NCBI RefSeq assembly: GCF_001194135.2
Contig: NC_068982.1
Location: forward strand, 123,288,779 to 123,330,958
Direction: 5' to 3'
Length of the DNA: 42,180 nt
DNA from: Octopus bimaculoides
Lineage: Eukaryota
Positions within the stretch are counted from its first letter, which is position 1. Every line of letters begins with the position of its first letter. A model generated the notes under the pieces. It searched no databases. It was not told the origin of the DNA and saw nothing but the letters and a program-made list of their open reading frames with translations. This document shows, piece after piece, positions 22,601-36,570 of the stretch. Made by a program: the position numbers and the translations under genes.

Positions 22601-23039
22601 TTGAAATCGAATGGAAGAGATTTTCACTCATTTCCTTCACATGGTTATTGTATCTATTTTTTTCTCTGTTTCACTCACATTTCATGACTCTTCACTCTAG
22701 CACACACACACACACACACACAAGCACACGCGCACACACAGACGCACACGCACACACGCGCACACACAGACGCGCGCGCGCGCAGACACACACATACGCA
22801 CGCATACGCGCGCACACACACGCGCGCGCCTCAGGAACACTCCAGCTTTCTCTCTTTTTCTCGTTTACTTTTCTCTCAGACACATTATGCCTTTATCAGA
22901 AGACAAATTTAGCAAAGAAACCGATAAACAGGAAAAACTATATAGGAAAAGAAACCATAAAAGCAAGCATTCAGATTTCATAAAGTTGACTCCATCAGCA
23001 TTGTGCTCTTTTGACAAAAACAATTTTGTTTGTGTCTCA

Positions 23040-23083
<44 letters not shown>

Positions 23084-23617
23084 CAAGACACGACGGTGTT
23101 CAAGTTTTTTTAAATTTCTATTAAAGATTTTTCATTATTTCTTTTTAATTAGTTCTTGCTTAATACATAAACGAGACAATAAAACCGACCTGCTGTCTAC
23201 ACGCCGTCAAGAAGATGAGACCGAGAGAGAATAGAAATGTTAATGAAAGGNNNNNNNNNNNNNNNNNNNNNNNNNNNNNNNNNNNNNNNNNNNNNNNNNN
23301 NNNNNNNNNNNNNNNNNNNNNNNNNNNNNNNNNNNNNNNNNNNNNNNNNNNNNNNNNNNNNNNNNNNNNNNNNNNNNNNNNNNNNNNNNNNNNNNNNNNN
23401 NAATGAGAATGACTATAAATGTTAATGAGGAGGACTATAAATGTTAATGAAAAGGCCAAGAAACGTAAATGGACTGAATGTTGTAATTTAAACATATAGA
23501 ACTGATAAGAAAATATGGAAAAAAAATTCCTTTATTAAAAAGATTAAATGCAAACATATTTAAAAGAAAAGCTTTTCTTTATACACACACACACACACAT
23601 ACACACACACACACACA

Positions 23618-23654
<37 letters not shown>

Positions 23655-23904
23655 TCTCTCTCTCATACATACACACTCACTACTTATGCCTCGTTTAATT
23701 TATTACGTTTACAAATGCTCCGTCGTCAACAGAATCATTTAGAAATAACAAAAGCATGTTTTGCTGTGCATCGGAAGTAGCAAAGTTGCTGGGCGATGAA
23801 ATTACAAAGTGAAGTAAAGAAGTTAAATCGAACAACACCTGTGAAGGTGTACAGAACACGGAAAGGTATAAAGAAGAAAAGCGGTGAAGATATACAGAAC
23901 TGAA

Positions 23905-24055
23905 TAATTCTTCCTACTATAGGCTCAAAGCATGGTACTAGTGCTCATTTTATCGATCTCGAAAGGATTAAGACAAAATCTATCTCAGTGAAATTTGAAC
24001 TCAGAACGTAAGCCGGAAGAAATGCTGCTTAGCGTTCTTCCACCCCGCCGCCCTC
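23905..24055 (-). mobile_element. SINE family A copy (internally deleted)
   Basis: ttttatcgatctcgaaaggatt...aaatttgaactcagaacgtaagcc...ccgccgccct. Confidence 0.7.
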
Positions 24056-24201
24056 ATGTACAATGAACAATACCAATGAATATACACAATAATATCGTCA
24101 AAGATATACAGAACAACAACAGTGGAGCTGGATCCATGATGAGGAACTGTCTTGAAGGGTTCAGTCGAATAAATTGATCCCAGTATTTTTTTTTTCTTAT
24201 T

Positions 24202-25215
24202 AAGTACTGTCCAAAAGAGAAACTGTTAAAAAAGAAACAAGTTAATTGATTTACTTTTAATTAGACTTGTCTCTTTCAAAATAGTCCCCTCTACATTTGA
24301 TACACCACTCCCAATTTTGAAAGTTTTCTGGAACATGTTTTCAGGGTTAGTACGCAGTTTTTGTAACGAATTATCGTCGATATCTTTTATCGCCTGAAAC
24401 TAGTTGCTTCGCAGGGGGACTTTCAATTTTGGAAGCAGAAAAAATCTTCAGGAATTGAATCTAGAGAGCAGGGTGAGTGATGATGATCCAACCTACTGCG
24501 ACGGCTGTCGTTTGGTTCCAACATTAGTGGTACACCAACGTTTAGTCGTCACCTGATGTGACACTTTCCGGGAAGTTTCCATAAGCGTTCGAACAATCAA
24601 ACAACTCCCGTCTGGTCGTGACTAGAGCCCAGGGGCCTCATAAGTCTAGGGAACAATTATGATCTATGTATGCAGTGGCTCGCTTTCAATAGATATATAT
24701 TACAGGACCAGTGCATTGTTTAAAAATTTGTGGCACGAAGTTTTGCACAGGCCTACTTCTTTAGAAACTTCACGGATAATCAGGCGACAATATTCACTGA
24801 TCAAAGCACACACTGTGTGAACGTCGTCTACTATCCTATAAGGTTGCTCAGAATTGGGATAGTCTTCGGTAGATGTTCTTCTCAATTTCAAATGCTGGTA
24901 TTATTCGTGATATTGTGCACGGTTCAAACAATCTCCTCCATAGGATTGTTGCAGCATTAGAAAAGTCTCAGTAATTATTTTCCCAAATTGAAACATAATT
25001 TCACATGAATACCCTACTCGTCCAAATCCTTCATTGTTCAACTGGGGACAAATTACCAAGTGTAGTTGACATACTTCACTTTAGCTCATGTAGATCGATG
25101 ACTAACTGTCGATGGGTGACGCGGTTATCATTAATCTGAAGGCTATGGTTACCCATACACAGCACTGCGCCGGCTCGTTGATGCATTGTTTTAAAAGGCG
25201 GATCTTTTATACACA
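24202..25215 (-). mobile_element. Second mariner relic (different subfamily, heavily decayed)
   Basis: Minus-strand fragments: VKLCFNLGK..TETFLMLQQSYG; RTSTEDYPNSEQP; CRLIIREVSKEVGLCKTSCHKFL; DFFLLPKLKVPLR. TIR-like ends are weak. Confidence 0.7.
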
Positions 25216-25643
25216 CATATATGTTCACTTAACTACATCTGAATATAAATACAACTGCATTCATACATGCACATATAAACACGTCCACGCGCGCACACGT
25301 ACACACACGCACATACACACACACACACACACACTCACACACACATACGCACACACACAAATGCATATTCATATTTTTTGTGCGTGTGTATATATGTATG
25401 TATGTGTGTGTGTACATGTGGTATGTGTATGTGTAGATACACACATACACATACGCACACGTGTACACAGATATTTAAGAAATAGTTCAATATTAGTGTT
25501 TGTACATTTGAAATAAATTGGACTTGATAGATTACATAAGAAATAGAATTCTTGATACGGAACATTCACTATGAATGTTGACAGTTACATATTTCCTGCG
25601 CAGAAAACTTACTGTGCATTAGGGTGGATGGAGCTCACACACA

Positions 25644-25645
<2 letters not shown>

Positions 25646-25700
<55 letters not shown>
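25646..25700. repeat. (TATC)n tetranucleotide microsatellite
   Basis: Uninterrupted tatc array. Confidence 0.95.
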
Positions 25701-25704
<4 letters not shown>

Positions 25705-27514
25705 GGTCTGTCTGTAATGTGTGTGTGTGTATGTATATGTACACATACATACATATATGTATGTATGTGCGCATACATAATACATACATATATATGTAAA
25801 TTTGTCTGTGTTGACTACATCACAAAGATGGAGCCTTATATCTTTGTTGGAAACCGGCTCCCTCCTCAGTGGAAGAGACATACAAACATAGAAGAGACGT
25901 ACATACATACATGCATACATAAGCATGCACACTCGCAAACGTATACACACTTGCTCGCACGCACGCATGCATGCACACACCTTTGAGTTTAACTGCACAA
26001 CGTTAACCGCAATCGTTCTGGCTTTACTGAGATATTCGGCAAAGTTATGGAATTTCTGCACAAAAACGAGTAATATCGGCATTTTAGGACACTTCATAAT
26101 TCCTTTTGTCATTGTTTTCAAAACGAGCATCAAACGGTTTCAGTTAATAAAATCCCATCAACAAAATCTCACAATTCGGTTGTTCACAATCATATTGTTA
26201 AATTCTTCAGTTGAAGTGAGCAAATATGCGAAGTAACTGCGTAAACCTGATTGCCAACGTTTTTCTGCGTATTCTTTTAGTCTTTTGTTTCTTTCAGGCA
26301 TTGGGTTGCAGTTATGCTGGAGCAACATCTTGTGCGGTTAGCCGAACAAATCGTTCTCTACATATTTTAAGTCTGGAATTTATCCTCTTTTTTTTTTTTT
26401 GTGGAACCGCTAAGTTACAAGAATATATAAAGAAGAAAACAATCAGATGTTGTCAAGCAGTGAGCTGACAAATACAAAGACACACATGCATACCAAGTTG
26501 AGTTAAAAATGATCGTATTTCAAGCTTTAATTAATAGTTCAAACAAATTACATATGAAAAGCATTTATTCATCAAAATATATCCCCTCATACTCTATTGT
26601 CTCTTGCCATTGTTATACCAGAAGCTAAATTCCACACTTACACCATTTGGCTGGTTTAGAGGCAAACAATAACCTACACCCGTTTTCAGCCTCATTAGTT
26701 TGTGAACCTCTTAACCTCATAGCCATACCTGGGCCTCTACAGAATAACATGAAAATCATTTCAACAATTTTTTCCCTGCTCAACGCTATGAAATGGAAGT
26801 TTTCACTGAATTAGTTTACACGACTCAGAAGCAAAGAATCATTCTTGAATTTAAAATCTTGGCAATCACAATGCCTGGTGTTCTATACTTTCGGAACAAC
26901 ATTAACTGTCTGACACTCACGTGTTGTGAGATATCAAGTTGGAATAAATGTCATTCCTTTTTGTTTTATATGTGGGCGTTCAATTCGAATAAGAAACCTT
27001 ATTTTATGATCGCACACACAAGAGATTAATTGTCATCTTAAGTTAATGTTCAGAGATGATTCAAACTGACATGTCATTTTCTTTCTATATACAGATGTAT
27101 GTATATGTATATATGTGCGTAATTATGTGCTCACAGGCATTTGATTTATATAGAATATCTTGGTGAAGTTAATTCATCGCTGAGGACAAACAAAATTACT
27201 TTTATAAAACCATCGTTTTATAACAAAACAATATTTACTGGAACCCACTCATTGGTTGCTGTCTTATCATACAGTTTTATCAAGTAGCTTTCATTTGAAC
27301 TTGAGTTCGATTATTCTTGATAATGTTCAATTCCACACACTTCTCAGAAGAGGCGTATTATCTCATAAGTGCAAGCAAGATATTTTAACTTGACTGTCGT
27401 AGAGAGTTGTAGCATTTAAATAGTTAAATATCGTGTTCAGCCGATTAATAAACTTCTACTAGATGTCTAGTACTTACTTCATCGACCCTCAAATTTATCA
27501 CAGACAGAGAGTCA

Positions 27515-28427
27515 GAACTGAATATTGGTTTCAAATTTTGGCACAAGACCAACAGTTTCCAGGGAGGGGTGTAAGTCGATTACATCGACCCCAGTACTTA
27601 ACTGGTACTTATTCTATCGACCCCGAAAGGATAAAAGACAAAGTCGACCTCGGCGGAATTTGAACTTAGAACATAAAGACGGATGAAATGCCGTTGAGCA
27701 TTTTGTTTGGCATGATAACGATTCTGCCAGCTAGCCGCCTTAGTGTCAGAAATAAAAATGTAAAAAACGGCACTTCACATTACAAGATTTCTTCCCTTCA
27801 CTAACTTCAAAAATTTTATTTTAATATTGGTTCCAAGTTTTGGCACAACGTCTGCAATTTCGATCGACCCCGGGATTCAACTGGCACTTATTTTATGAAC
27901 CCGAAAGGTTTCAAATTTTGGCACAAGGTAAGAATGTTCGAGGGAGTGAGTGAAACACCAGAACACAACTGGTACTTATTTTATCGATCCTGAAGGGATG
28001 AAAGGCAAAGTCAACCTCAGCGACATTTGAACCCAGAACGTAAAGACGAACGTAATGCTGCCAAGCATCTTGCCCGACATGGTAACGATCCTGCCAGCTC
28101 GCCGCCTTAGCGTCAGAATTAAATATATATATAAAATATAAAGTGTCAGAATTAAATATCTTCACACTGCAAGATTTCTTCTCTTCACTAACTTCAAAAT
28201 TTTTGTTTTAATATTTAAACAGATTAAAACGGCAAACTGGCAGAATCGTTTGCACGTTGGGCAAAATGCTTAGCGGCATATCATTCGCCTTTACGTTCTG
28301 AGTTCAAATTCCACTGAGGTTGACTTTGCCTTTCATCCCTTCAGGATCGATAAAATAAGTACCAGTTGTGTTCTGGTGTTTCACTCACTCCCTCGAACAT
28401 TCTTACCTTGTGCCAAAATTTGAAACC
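27515..28427. mobile_element. Cluster of family A SINEs: two full minus copies, one truncated copy and one inverted (+) copy
   Basis: Minus copies at ~27515-27741, 27827-27908 and 27907-28110; plus copy at ~28225-28427. The non-SINE flank (27741-27827) is also duplicated at 28108-28215. Confidence 0.9.
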
Positions 28428-30324
28428 AATATTAAAACAAATTCGCTCAATAAGCAGATAAAGTATTCCAGCTGCCAATTCAAGGAACAGCGGTAAGCGT
28501 TTGTTATGCTTCCAAGAAGGACGTTAAATTATACATGAATCTGTTCAAATTGCTGCAAGGAAATAGATACTAGATATTGTGAAAACTAGAATGGTGTTCT
28601 ACATAGAAAAGATTAATTTCTCATTTGATTGTCGTTATAAATTTTGGCGGTAGGCATTGATTATACGAGCCCCTACAGTTGATGAAGGCACCTTTTCTTA
28701 ATAATTCGTTTATTAACAATCTGAATATGTTATATTTACGAATATGACGGAAAGTGCTATATAGTAGAAATAAACGCAACAATTTCACGTCCCTTCTTTT
28801 ATATCTATTTAATCATTGAATGTTGGGCTGTAACATTTACTATGCATAAATTAAACCATCTGATGTTTGCATTTGATGTTTGAATTTGTTTAGCTTGTCT
28901 ATGAACTATTTCATCAATGTTGCAATTTAAATATTACAATTTAATCACATTCTTAAATATTTCCACTTTATTAAATGAAATATTTTTATTCCATTAGTAT
29001 TTATAATGATGTAACCGACAATGCTAAGTTAGTAAAATTATTGATTGATTATTTAAAATTACACTTTGATTGGGTGGTAAAAAATAAAGACCGGTTAGAA
29101 ATAACGTCAATTTCATAACAACTTTATATCATCGCTACTGAACATCTGAATTAAATTCGAAGAAATTAGATTTGACGTAATTTGGCTCAATAATAAAATA
29201 ACTAGACTTATATAGTGACCAGACGTTGGCAGACGCATACTTATAACGTTTAGTATGTTAGTATTTTCCTTTTCACTATATTATAGCCTGAGGCCAGCTC
29301 TGATTGACCAAACGTTGACCAAAAGCATTCCAGGCAAGATCACGCTGCCATTTTTTTTTTCATATAGCAAAGAATATACAGTGAGATTTGATTGCAATTT
29401 CTAGCAGTCGAGCGATCACATAGAATTTCGTTAATCACTGAAGGAGGAGAAAAAGCAACGATTTAGACAGTGATTTTATATAATTGTTTCAAACTTTAAC
29501 ATATTGAAGTAGTTTTTTATTTAAATCTGTACAGATGATTTGTACAGCGTATAGAATTCAAAAAGCAAATTAAGTACGAATATTGCAGGTGATGGCTGTA
29601 GAAACGTGAATAAGGTGTCACATCATTATTTTATTCTATGTTTGGAGTAAAATGTAGTGAACATACGAAGATACTTGTTAAATTCGTGAGAAAAAATCCA
29701 GTTTATTACGAATAAGACGTTATATATACTAGTAGATATATAGAATAAAAAGCAGAAAAGAATAAAGTTCACATATACTTCATAATTTAAATGTCCTCCA
29801 CAGTTGGTTCAATGAAATTAAACATCTTTGTTTATATAATTATATACATGATTAATAAAAATGTTATGAATTTATAAGTGACGTGGAGCTTAACGATATG
29901 TTATGAATTGATCTCTTAATTATCGTGGCTATATTCTTTCATGTTTACATATCAATTCTATATAAATATATCTTGGTAGATAGACAGAAATGAAGGTGAA
30001 ACATCACTTGGTCGATATTTGGCGTCTTATTCTCTGATTTGGTACTAGAAACGAAAGAAACATTTTGACAGAAATACTGAGGATCAATTCTGTAGAAACA
30101 CAGTTTCACAAACACTCATACTCGAGGAAGAAAACGCAATTCGTCGTCCGTTTAACACTATCACTTGGCCCTTGGATGTCTTGAACAGTCTTCTCTGTTG
30201 CAAGTATTCGGACAAAGTTTCCAGCGTGAAGATAAGTTCCTCTTTTCCCCGTCTGAAAAATCTTATGGACACTGCCCTTCTCTAACTAAGCTATTATATG
30301 TACAAAAAAACAAAAAAAAACAAG

Positions 30325-30520
30325 TTGTTGTTGATGATCAGATTCAAGTTAGCCCCGATGAAACAGACCTGTGAACAAAGGCGTTCCAGCTGTGGTCATC
30401 ACATTTCTTTGTCTTCAGATATACTGTGTCCATGACAACATTATCCAACGTGTGCTTCTTTTTTTAAGAATATAGAATGTGATTTGAAGAAGGTTCTATT
30501 GCTATTTCTTGCAACAAGGA
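30325..30520. repeat. Dispersed repeat (family E); related pieces at ~2960-3010, 16190-16385 and 29285-29420
   Basis: Shared motifs: cagacctgtgaacaaaggcgttccagctgtggtcatc, gtgatttga..gga..tgctatttct. Confidence 0.45.
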
Positions 30521-30824
30521 CGATTCCCGGGAGATTCTTTTCGTTTGCTCATAGGTGGAGGATCTTAAAAGGATGAATATTTTCCTGATTGTTTATTGTC
30601 CAACCCCAGAATTAATAAAATGTTTATGCAAGTGCTTCAAGAAATTTGGTCTGATGCCTTTCTGTCACATTTCCTTTGTGCATGATAACTATTAACCATA
30701 CAATGATGTATAATTACTTGTCATGGCATTGTATTTACCTCTAAGTAGATCACTTGTGATTCAGATTACGGAGTAAGAGTATTTGAAGATCCATGACAGT
30801 TATACAATGAATGCGATTTGAATT

Positions 30825-31025
30825 TTTAAAATAACTCTTTTCTACTATTGCCACAAGACCTGAAATTTTGGAGTGGAGTCTAGTCAATTACATTGACCAC
30901 TATGCTCAACTGGTACTTATTTTATCGATCCAGGAAGGACTAAAAGTACAGTGGACCTCGGCGGAATTTGAACTCAGAACGTAAAGACAAAATGCTTAGC
31001 GAAATGTCACTTAGCATTTTATATG
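30825..31025 (-). mobile_element. SINE family A copy
   Basis: actggtacttattttatcgatcc...cctcggcggaatttgaactcagaacgtaaagac. Confidence 0.8.
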
Positions 31026-31899
31026 GTGTGCAAGCTCCCTCTGTAAAACAATAATGATGGTCATTAGTTTGGACGGAGTGATATCATTTATTGTAAACAA
31101 ATGATTGACAGAATGTGTGGTAACTTATGCAGTACAATTTCACTGTTAGTGAAGAAACATTTTGTTGGGTTTCAAGGTCCTTAAAATAAAATAACTGTGT
31201 ATGCTGGCAGTTGGAATAAACTCTCATCAAATAAAATTTTTTAAAATCAAATAAAAATAACGAAACAATTTTACTAAAATGGTTTTCTGTCGATTGAGAT
31301 TTCTCCGACCACCAATCAATTGTTGATGCAGAAATAGAGAAGACAAATTTCATGTACAAGTAAAAAAAAGAAAAGAAAAAGAAAAGCAACTACTGGACAG
31401 TGACTAATGCAACGAGAATGAGTAGGAATATCTATGACCAGATGCATTCCGTTGCCAATAGATTTAATGCAAGACTGTGGAAGATAAAATTATTTATCAA
31501 TCAAGCTATCATGACTTTCTACGATTGACCGACTTGAAGAAGAAGAAGTTAACAACACAGTAACATAAAACTGGGAATGATTGATACAAAATAATAATAA
31601 AGACCAACAAATAACTTTCTTCAAGTGAACACATTATAATATCTATTTCTACAGTCAGGGAAGCCATTTTATAATACGAGTGAATACAGATATTGTTTTG
31701 TGCAATCAATAAAGAGATCTTTTTTCGTCTTTTTATAGAAGTTTTAAAGGTTCTGATTTATCTTAAATACCATAGGAAACGATTTCTATAATTTACGCGG
31801 TAAATCCATATCAATTTGCTGCTAAGTTGAAACAATATGTTCCTCTCTGAAATACTACAATATTCAGTAAAAAAAAAGGTAAGTACGTTTTGCTAATAT

Positions 31900-32108
31900 T
31901 GCTTTCAAATTTTGGTACAAAATTAGCAATTTCGAGGGAGAAATTACATTGACTTCAGTGCTCAACAGGCATTTATTTTATCGACCCTGAAAGGGATGAA
32001 AAGCAAAGTCGACACCGGACGTATTTGAACTCAGAACGTAAAGACGGACGAAATGTCGCTACGTATTTTTGCCCGGCGTGATAACGATTCTGCCAACTCG
32101 CCACCTTA
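31900..32108 (-). mobile_element. SINE family A copy
   Basis: ttttatcgaccctgaaagggatgaaaagcaaagtcgac...ctgccaactcgccacctt. Confidence 0.85.
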
Positions 32109-32853
32109 CGTTTTGTGAATATTGACATTTTTCTTATTCCTAAGGTTCACTTTTTAACCAAGAATGTATAGCCTATCAAATACACTTTAGTGTATTAGTG
32201 GCACCGTTTTAATGCAAAGATATGAGGTATTAATCGGGATATTGCAACTTATTTTGTCTGACGCTCTAACGCATATGTCGAAATTCCTTTCTTGTTAATA
32301 TTTAGAACACAGAAATATGATGGAATTCTAGAAGCAGCAGAACCGCGAACTAAACATATTGGTAATTTTAGACTTGTCACTATTATATTACGATTGATCT
32401 ATTACCAAAGAGGATTTAATTAACGATGCATTCGTCTATCATAAAGATTGTTGTGGTTAAGCAAAACAAGTCAACACTGACAAAGTACAATACATCCAGA
32501 TGTCGTATTCCACAGGTGCCAATTAACTTCTGCATGCTTTATTAAAAGATTATTTGTATAGAATTTTCTTTTACTATTTTATAATAAACTCTATCCTTGT
32601 TGGTCTTGCTAAACTGAAGCTTGGAACATTTTATTCGCTGATTTAAAAAAAATATATTCAGTTATATTACAGTTTGTGAACTGTTGCTATTTATGTCGTA
32701 TGAATTCAGATTTATTCTTTTTTATACAACTAAAAATATGATTTTGCTGCAAACGTTTCAAATTGTAGCAAGCAACACTGAGCAAGCAGAGCTTAATGCC
32801 TCAGTTCTTTCTATTAATCTGCGCGAAACTGATTCGTATTAGTTTTCACATAT

Positions 32854-33058
32854 AAGGTGGCGACCTGACAGAACCGTTAGCACGCTTATCAACATTTTGT
32901 CCGTCTTTATCTTCTGAGCTCAAATTCCTCTGAGGTTGATGTTCCCTATCCTTTCGGCTTCTATAAAATAAGTACTAGTTAATTTACTGGAGTCGAATTA
33001 ATCGACTCGCCCCTTTCCTCAAAAATTGCTGGTTTTGTGCCAAAATATGAAGCCGTTA
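32854..33058 (+). mobile_element. SINE family A copy
   Basis: aaggtggcgacctgacagaaccgttagcacgc...ttctgagctcaaattcc. Confidence 0.8.
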
Positions 33059-33449
33059 TTTTTTTTCCATGTAACCTCTCCCGAGATAGCATCAGATTCG
33101 ACCATTTCNNNNNNNNNNNNNNNNNNNNNNNNNNNNNNNNNNNNNNNNNNNNNNNNNNNNNNNNNNNNNNNNNNNNNNNNNNNNNNNNNNNNNNNNNNNN
33201 NNNNNNNNNNNNNNNNNNNNNNNNNNNNNNNNNNNNNNNNNNNNNNNNNNNNNNNNNNNNNNNNNNNNNNNNNNNNNNNNNNNNNNNNNNNNNNNNNNNN
33301 NNNNNNNNNNNNNNNNNNNNNNNNNNNNNNNNNNNNNNNNNNNNNNNNNNNNNNNNNNNNNNNNNNNNNNNNNNNNNNNNNNNNNNNNNNNNNNNNNNNN
33401 NNNNNNNNNNNNNNNNNNNNNNNNNNNNNNNNNNNNNNNNNNNNNNNNN

Positions 33450-33511
<62 letters not shown>

Positions 33512-34106
33512 TATTAAAAAATTAACTACTGCAAGTTAGAGTTAGTTTCTTGCACGACGCACAGAAGAAAATAACTTTCCAGATACATCGATTGTGAATA
33601 GCGTTAAGAAACAACGAAAAGAAAGATTTACTGTCTCTGAAAATAAGAAGGTTATAGAAAACAGAGAAAAAGGTAACATTCAACTCTTATTTATAGAAAC
33701 ATAAATATATTTATGAAATGGTTTCGCAGTAAAGCTTAACGTACATAAACTGATTGTTTTTTTTCTTCATAATATATCCGTATTGTTTTACATACATCAT
33801 TCGGCCAATTTTTCATTGCTTTTTTAGAACTAGCTCTTTGTAATAAAGTCAAGTAAGCATCAATTAGACTTATGGTTTTGTAAGTCGTATTGGTATCTAT
33901 GACACAATACAATATAGGCATTACTTTGCTACTTTTCATCTTAAGCTTCATTGGCTCGGAAAATCCTATATTCCGGTTGCTGTCTAGTCCCGGGTTTTGT
34001 TTGAGGTCTACACTGTATTATAACATTACTAAATGTAAAAACTGTCACAATATATACGAGGCATACCGGTCTCATACACACACAGGTATACATATACACG
34101 CATAAA

Positions 34107-34157
<51 letters not shown>

Positions 34158-34237
34158 GTAATTGTTATGATAAATACGCAGAATATCGACGAATAATTGT
34201 ATGTAGGCGTAAGGATATGATTAGCTAAAAATACCAT

Positions 34238-34833
34238 AGAAATAATACAAGCGAAATTTGAGGCTGAGAGGAAACAAACAAATAAAAGATATCGCTCTGA
34301 ATCAGACAGGCGAAACCACGTGCCTGAAAAGAGTAGAGATTAAAAAAGAGTAAAAGGCAAAAAGCAACGAAACAGTCTACAATAAATCCCAATATGTCAA
34401 AGGAGGAAATAGAAGGGAATCTAACGTTTCGGGAAATATATTTTATCAAGGAGAAGAAAAAAAACGCGAAAAAAAAAGAACTGTCAGTCAGGAGAAAGAA
34501 AAAAAGCCTATACAATTATAATAAAAAAGACATCTTCACATGACAAATCTCAGATAGACTTCTTGGATATCGTTCGTGTTTTCATTCTCCCACCTCTTAA
34601 TTCTTGTTTTCTATTCCTTTTTTTCTCTCTCTTTGATAGAGGTTATGATCTGAAACATCAGATTCTTTTTAGCTTCTTCCTTTGCTGTATCGAGCTTCAC
34701 TGTATACGTCTTTGTTATTTTTTTTTGTTTCTTTTCTTACGATTTTCAGGCATCAGCTTTACCTGCCTGACTCCGCGTGTGTATTTTGTTTCTTTGTTTC
34801 CCATTTGCCTCAAATTTTGCTTATGTTATTTCT
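34238..34833. repeat. ~600 bp degenerate inverted repeat (arms ~265 bp, spacer ~70 bp)
   Basis: 34238-34505 aligns collinearly with the reverse complement of 34579-34833, roughly two-thirds identical by eye (e.g. aaatttgaggc, tgcctgaaaa, gcaaagga..a, gaatct.a.gtttc). Confidence 0.8.
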
Positions 34834-35974
34834 GTTGGTTCAGTCCCACTGCGTAGTACCATGGGCAAGTGTCTTCTGCTATAGCCTCGGGCCGACCAAA
34901 GGCTTGGGAGTGGATTTAGTAGACGGAAACAGAAAGAAGCCCATCGTATATATATATATATATATATATATATATNNNNNNNNNNNNNNNNNNNNNNNNN
35001 NNNNNNNNNNNNNNNNNNNNNNNNNNNNNNNNNNNNNNNNNNNNNNNNNNNNNNNNNNNNNNNNNNNNNNNNNNNNNNNNNNNNNNNNNNNNNNNNNNNN
35101 NNNNNNNNNNNNNNNNNNNNNNNNNNNNNNNNNNNNNNNNNNNNNNNNNNNNNNNNNNNNNNNNNNNNNNNNNNNNNNNNNNNNNNNNNNNNNNNNNNNN
35201 NNNNNNNNNNNNNNNNNNNNNNNNNNNNNNNNNNNNNNNNNNNNNNNNNNNNNNNNNNNNNNNNNNNNNNNNNNNNNNNNNNNNNNNNNNNNNNNNNNNN
35301 NNNNNNNNNNNNNNNNNNNNNNNNNNNNNNNNNNNNNNNNNNNNNNNNNNNNNNNNNNNNNNNNNNNNNNNNNNNNNNNNNNNNNNNNNNNNNNNNNNNN
35401 NNNNNNNNNNNNNNNNNNNNNNNNNNNNNNNNNNNNNNNNNNNNNNNNNNNNNNNNNNNNNNNNNNNNNNNNNNNNNNNNNNNNNNNNNNNNNNNNNNNN
35501 NNNNNNNNNNNNNNNNNNNNNNNNNNNNNNNNNNNNNNNNNNNNNNNNNNNNNNNNNNNNNNNNNNNNNNNNNNNNNNNNNNNNNNNNNNNNNNNNNNNN
35601 NNNNNNNNNNNNNNNNNNNNNNNNNNNNNNNNNNNNNNNNNNNNNNNNNNNNNNNNNNNNNNNNNNNNNNNNNNNNNNNNNNNNNNNNNNNNNNNNNNNN
35701 NNNNNNNNNNNNNNNNNNNNNNNNNNNNNNNNNNNNNNNNNNNNNNNNNNNNNNNNNNNNNNNNNNNNNNNNNNNNNNNNNNNNNNNNNNNNNNNNNNNN
35801 NNNNNNNNNNNNNNNNNNNNNNNNNNNNNNNNNNNNNNNNNNNNNNNNNNNNNNNNNNNNNNNNNNNNNNNNNNNNNNNNNNNNNNNNNNNNNNNNNNNN
35901 NNNNNNNNNNNNNNNNNNNNNNNNNNNNNNNNNNNNNNNNNNNNNNNNNNNNNNNNNNNNNNNNNNNNNNNNNN

Positions 35975-36017
<43 letters not shown>

Positions 36018-36019
<2 letters not shown>

Positions 36020-36570
36020 GGCTGCCTACTCGTGATTGGGGATGACTATCACTGATCATTGCCCATGGATGAGGTTATTGCACCAGTAGTCGGCTTCACA
36101 CGGGTTCGTGTTTACGGCTTCAATGCTCGCTCCGGCGCCCACCCACTCGACCTCTTATGAACTAGTCGGCTCGCAGGCAATTGCACAACCTAAAAGTTTA
36201 AGTCCAATAAGGTTTCTACAGCAACTCACTGATTCTCTCTACGCTATCGACATAATCCAGAGACAAGCCAGGACAAGACATCCTGTACAAATATGGGTAG
36301 TAGGCCCATTTTGTCAGGTCACTTGTAATATCGCACCAGTACACCCTGTTGTATGGTCGGTTCGTCAGGGACTAAACAGGCCTCCCCTACTAGGCTTGCT
36401 TGGTAAAGAGGGTTGCTAGAAGCCGAACAGGACTAAAAACAAGACCTGTCAAAAGGACGGACGAACCTAGTTTACGCTAAATGACTATCTAACAATTGCA
36501 CAAGCCCTCATAAATACCAGGCTGGTGTCCGACGTGGTGGAAGACCACTGAGAGTGAAGCATATCTTAGC
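36018..36570 (+). mobile_element. Probable 5' UTR / ORF start of an RTE-like LINE, truncated
   Basis: GC-richer block with ggttgctagaagcc..ggactaaaaacaagacctgtcaaaaggacggacgaacc, resembling RTE 5' UTRs as I recall them, ending in RGGRPLR. No endonuclease follows. Confidence 0.4.

Noticed and set aside
22225-22830. (GC)n/(CA)n alternating purine-pyrimidine tracts as Z-DNA regulatory elements
   Set aside because: Such tracts are ubiquitous in this window, and nothing ties them to a promoter.
26642-26736. Possible upstream exon of the precursor (ctgtag| ... |gtaagt on minus)
   Set aside because: Only splice-like words support it, and its ATG would be out of frame with the precursor. RNA data are required.
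28998-29181. TATA + CCAAT + CRE-like motifs on the minus strand as a precursor promoter
   Set aside because: These short motifs are expected by chance in very AT-rich DNA, and no linked exon or donor was found.
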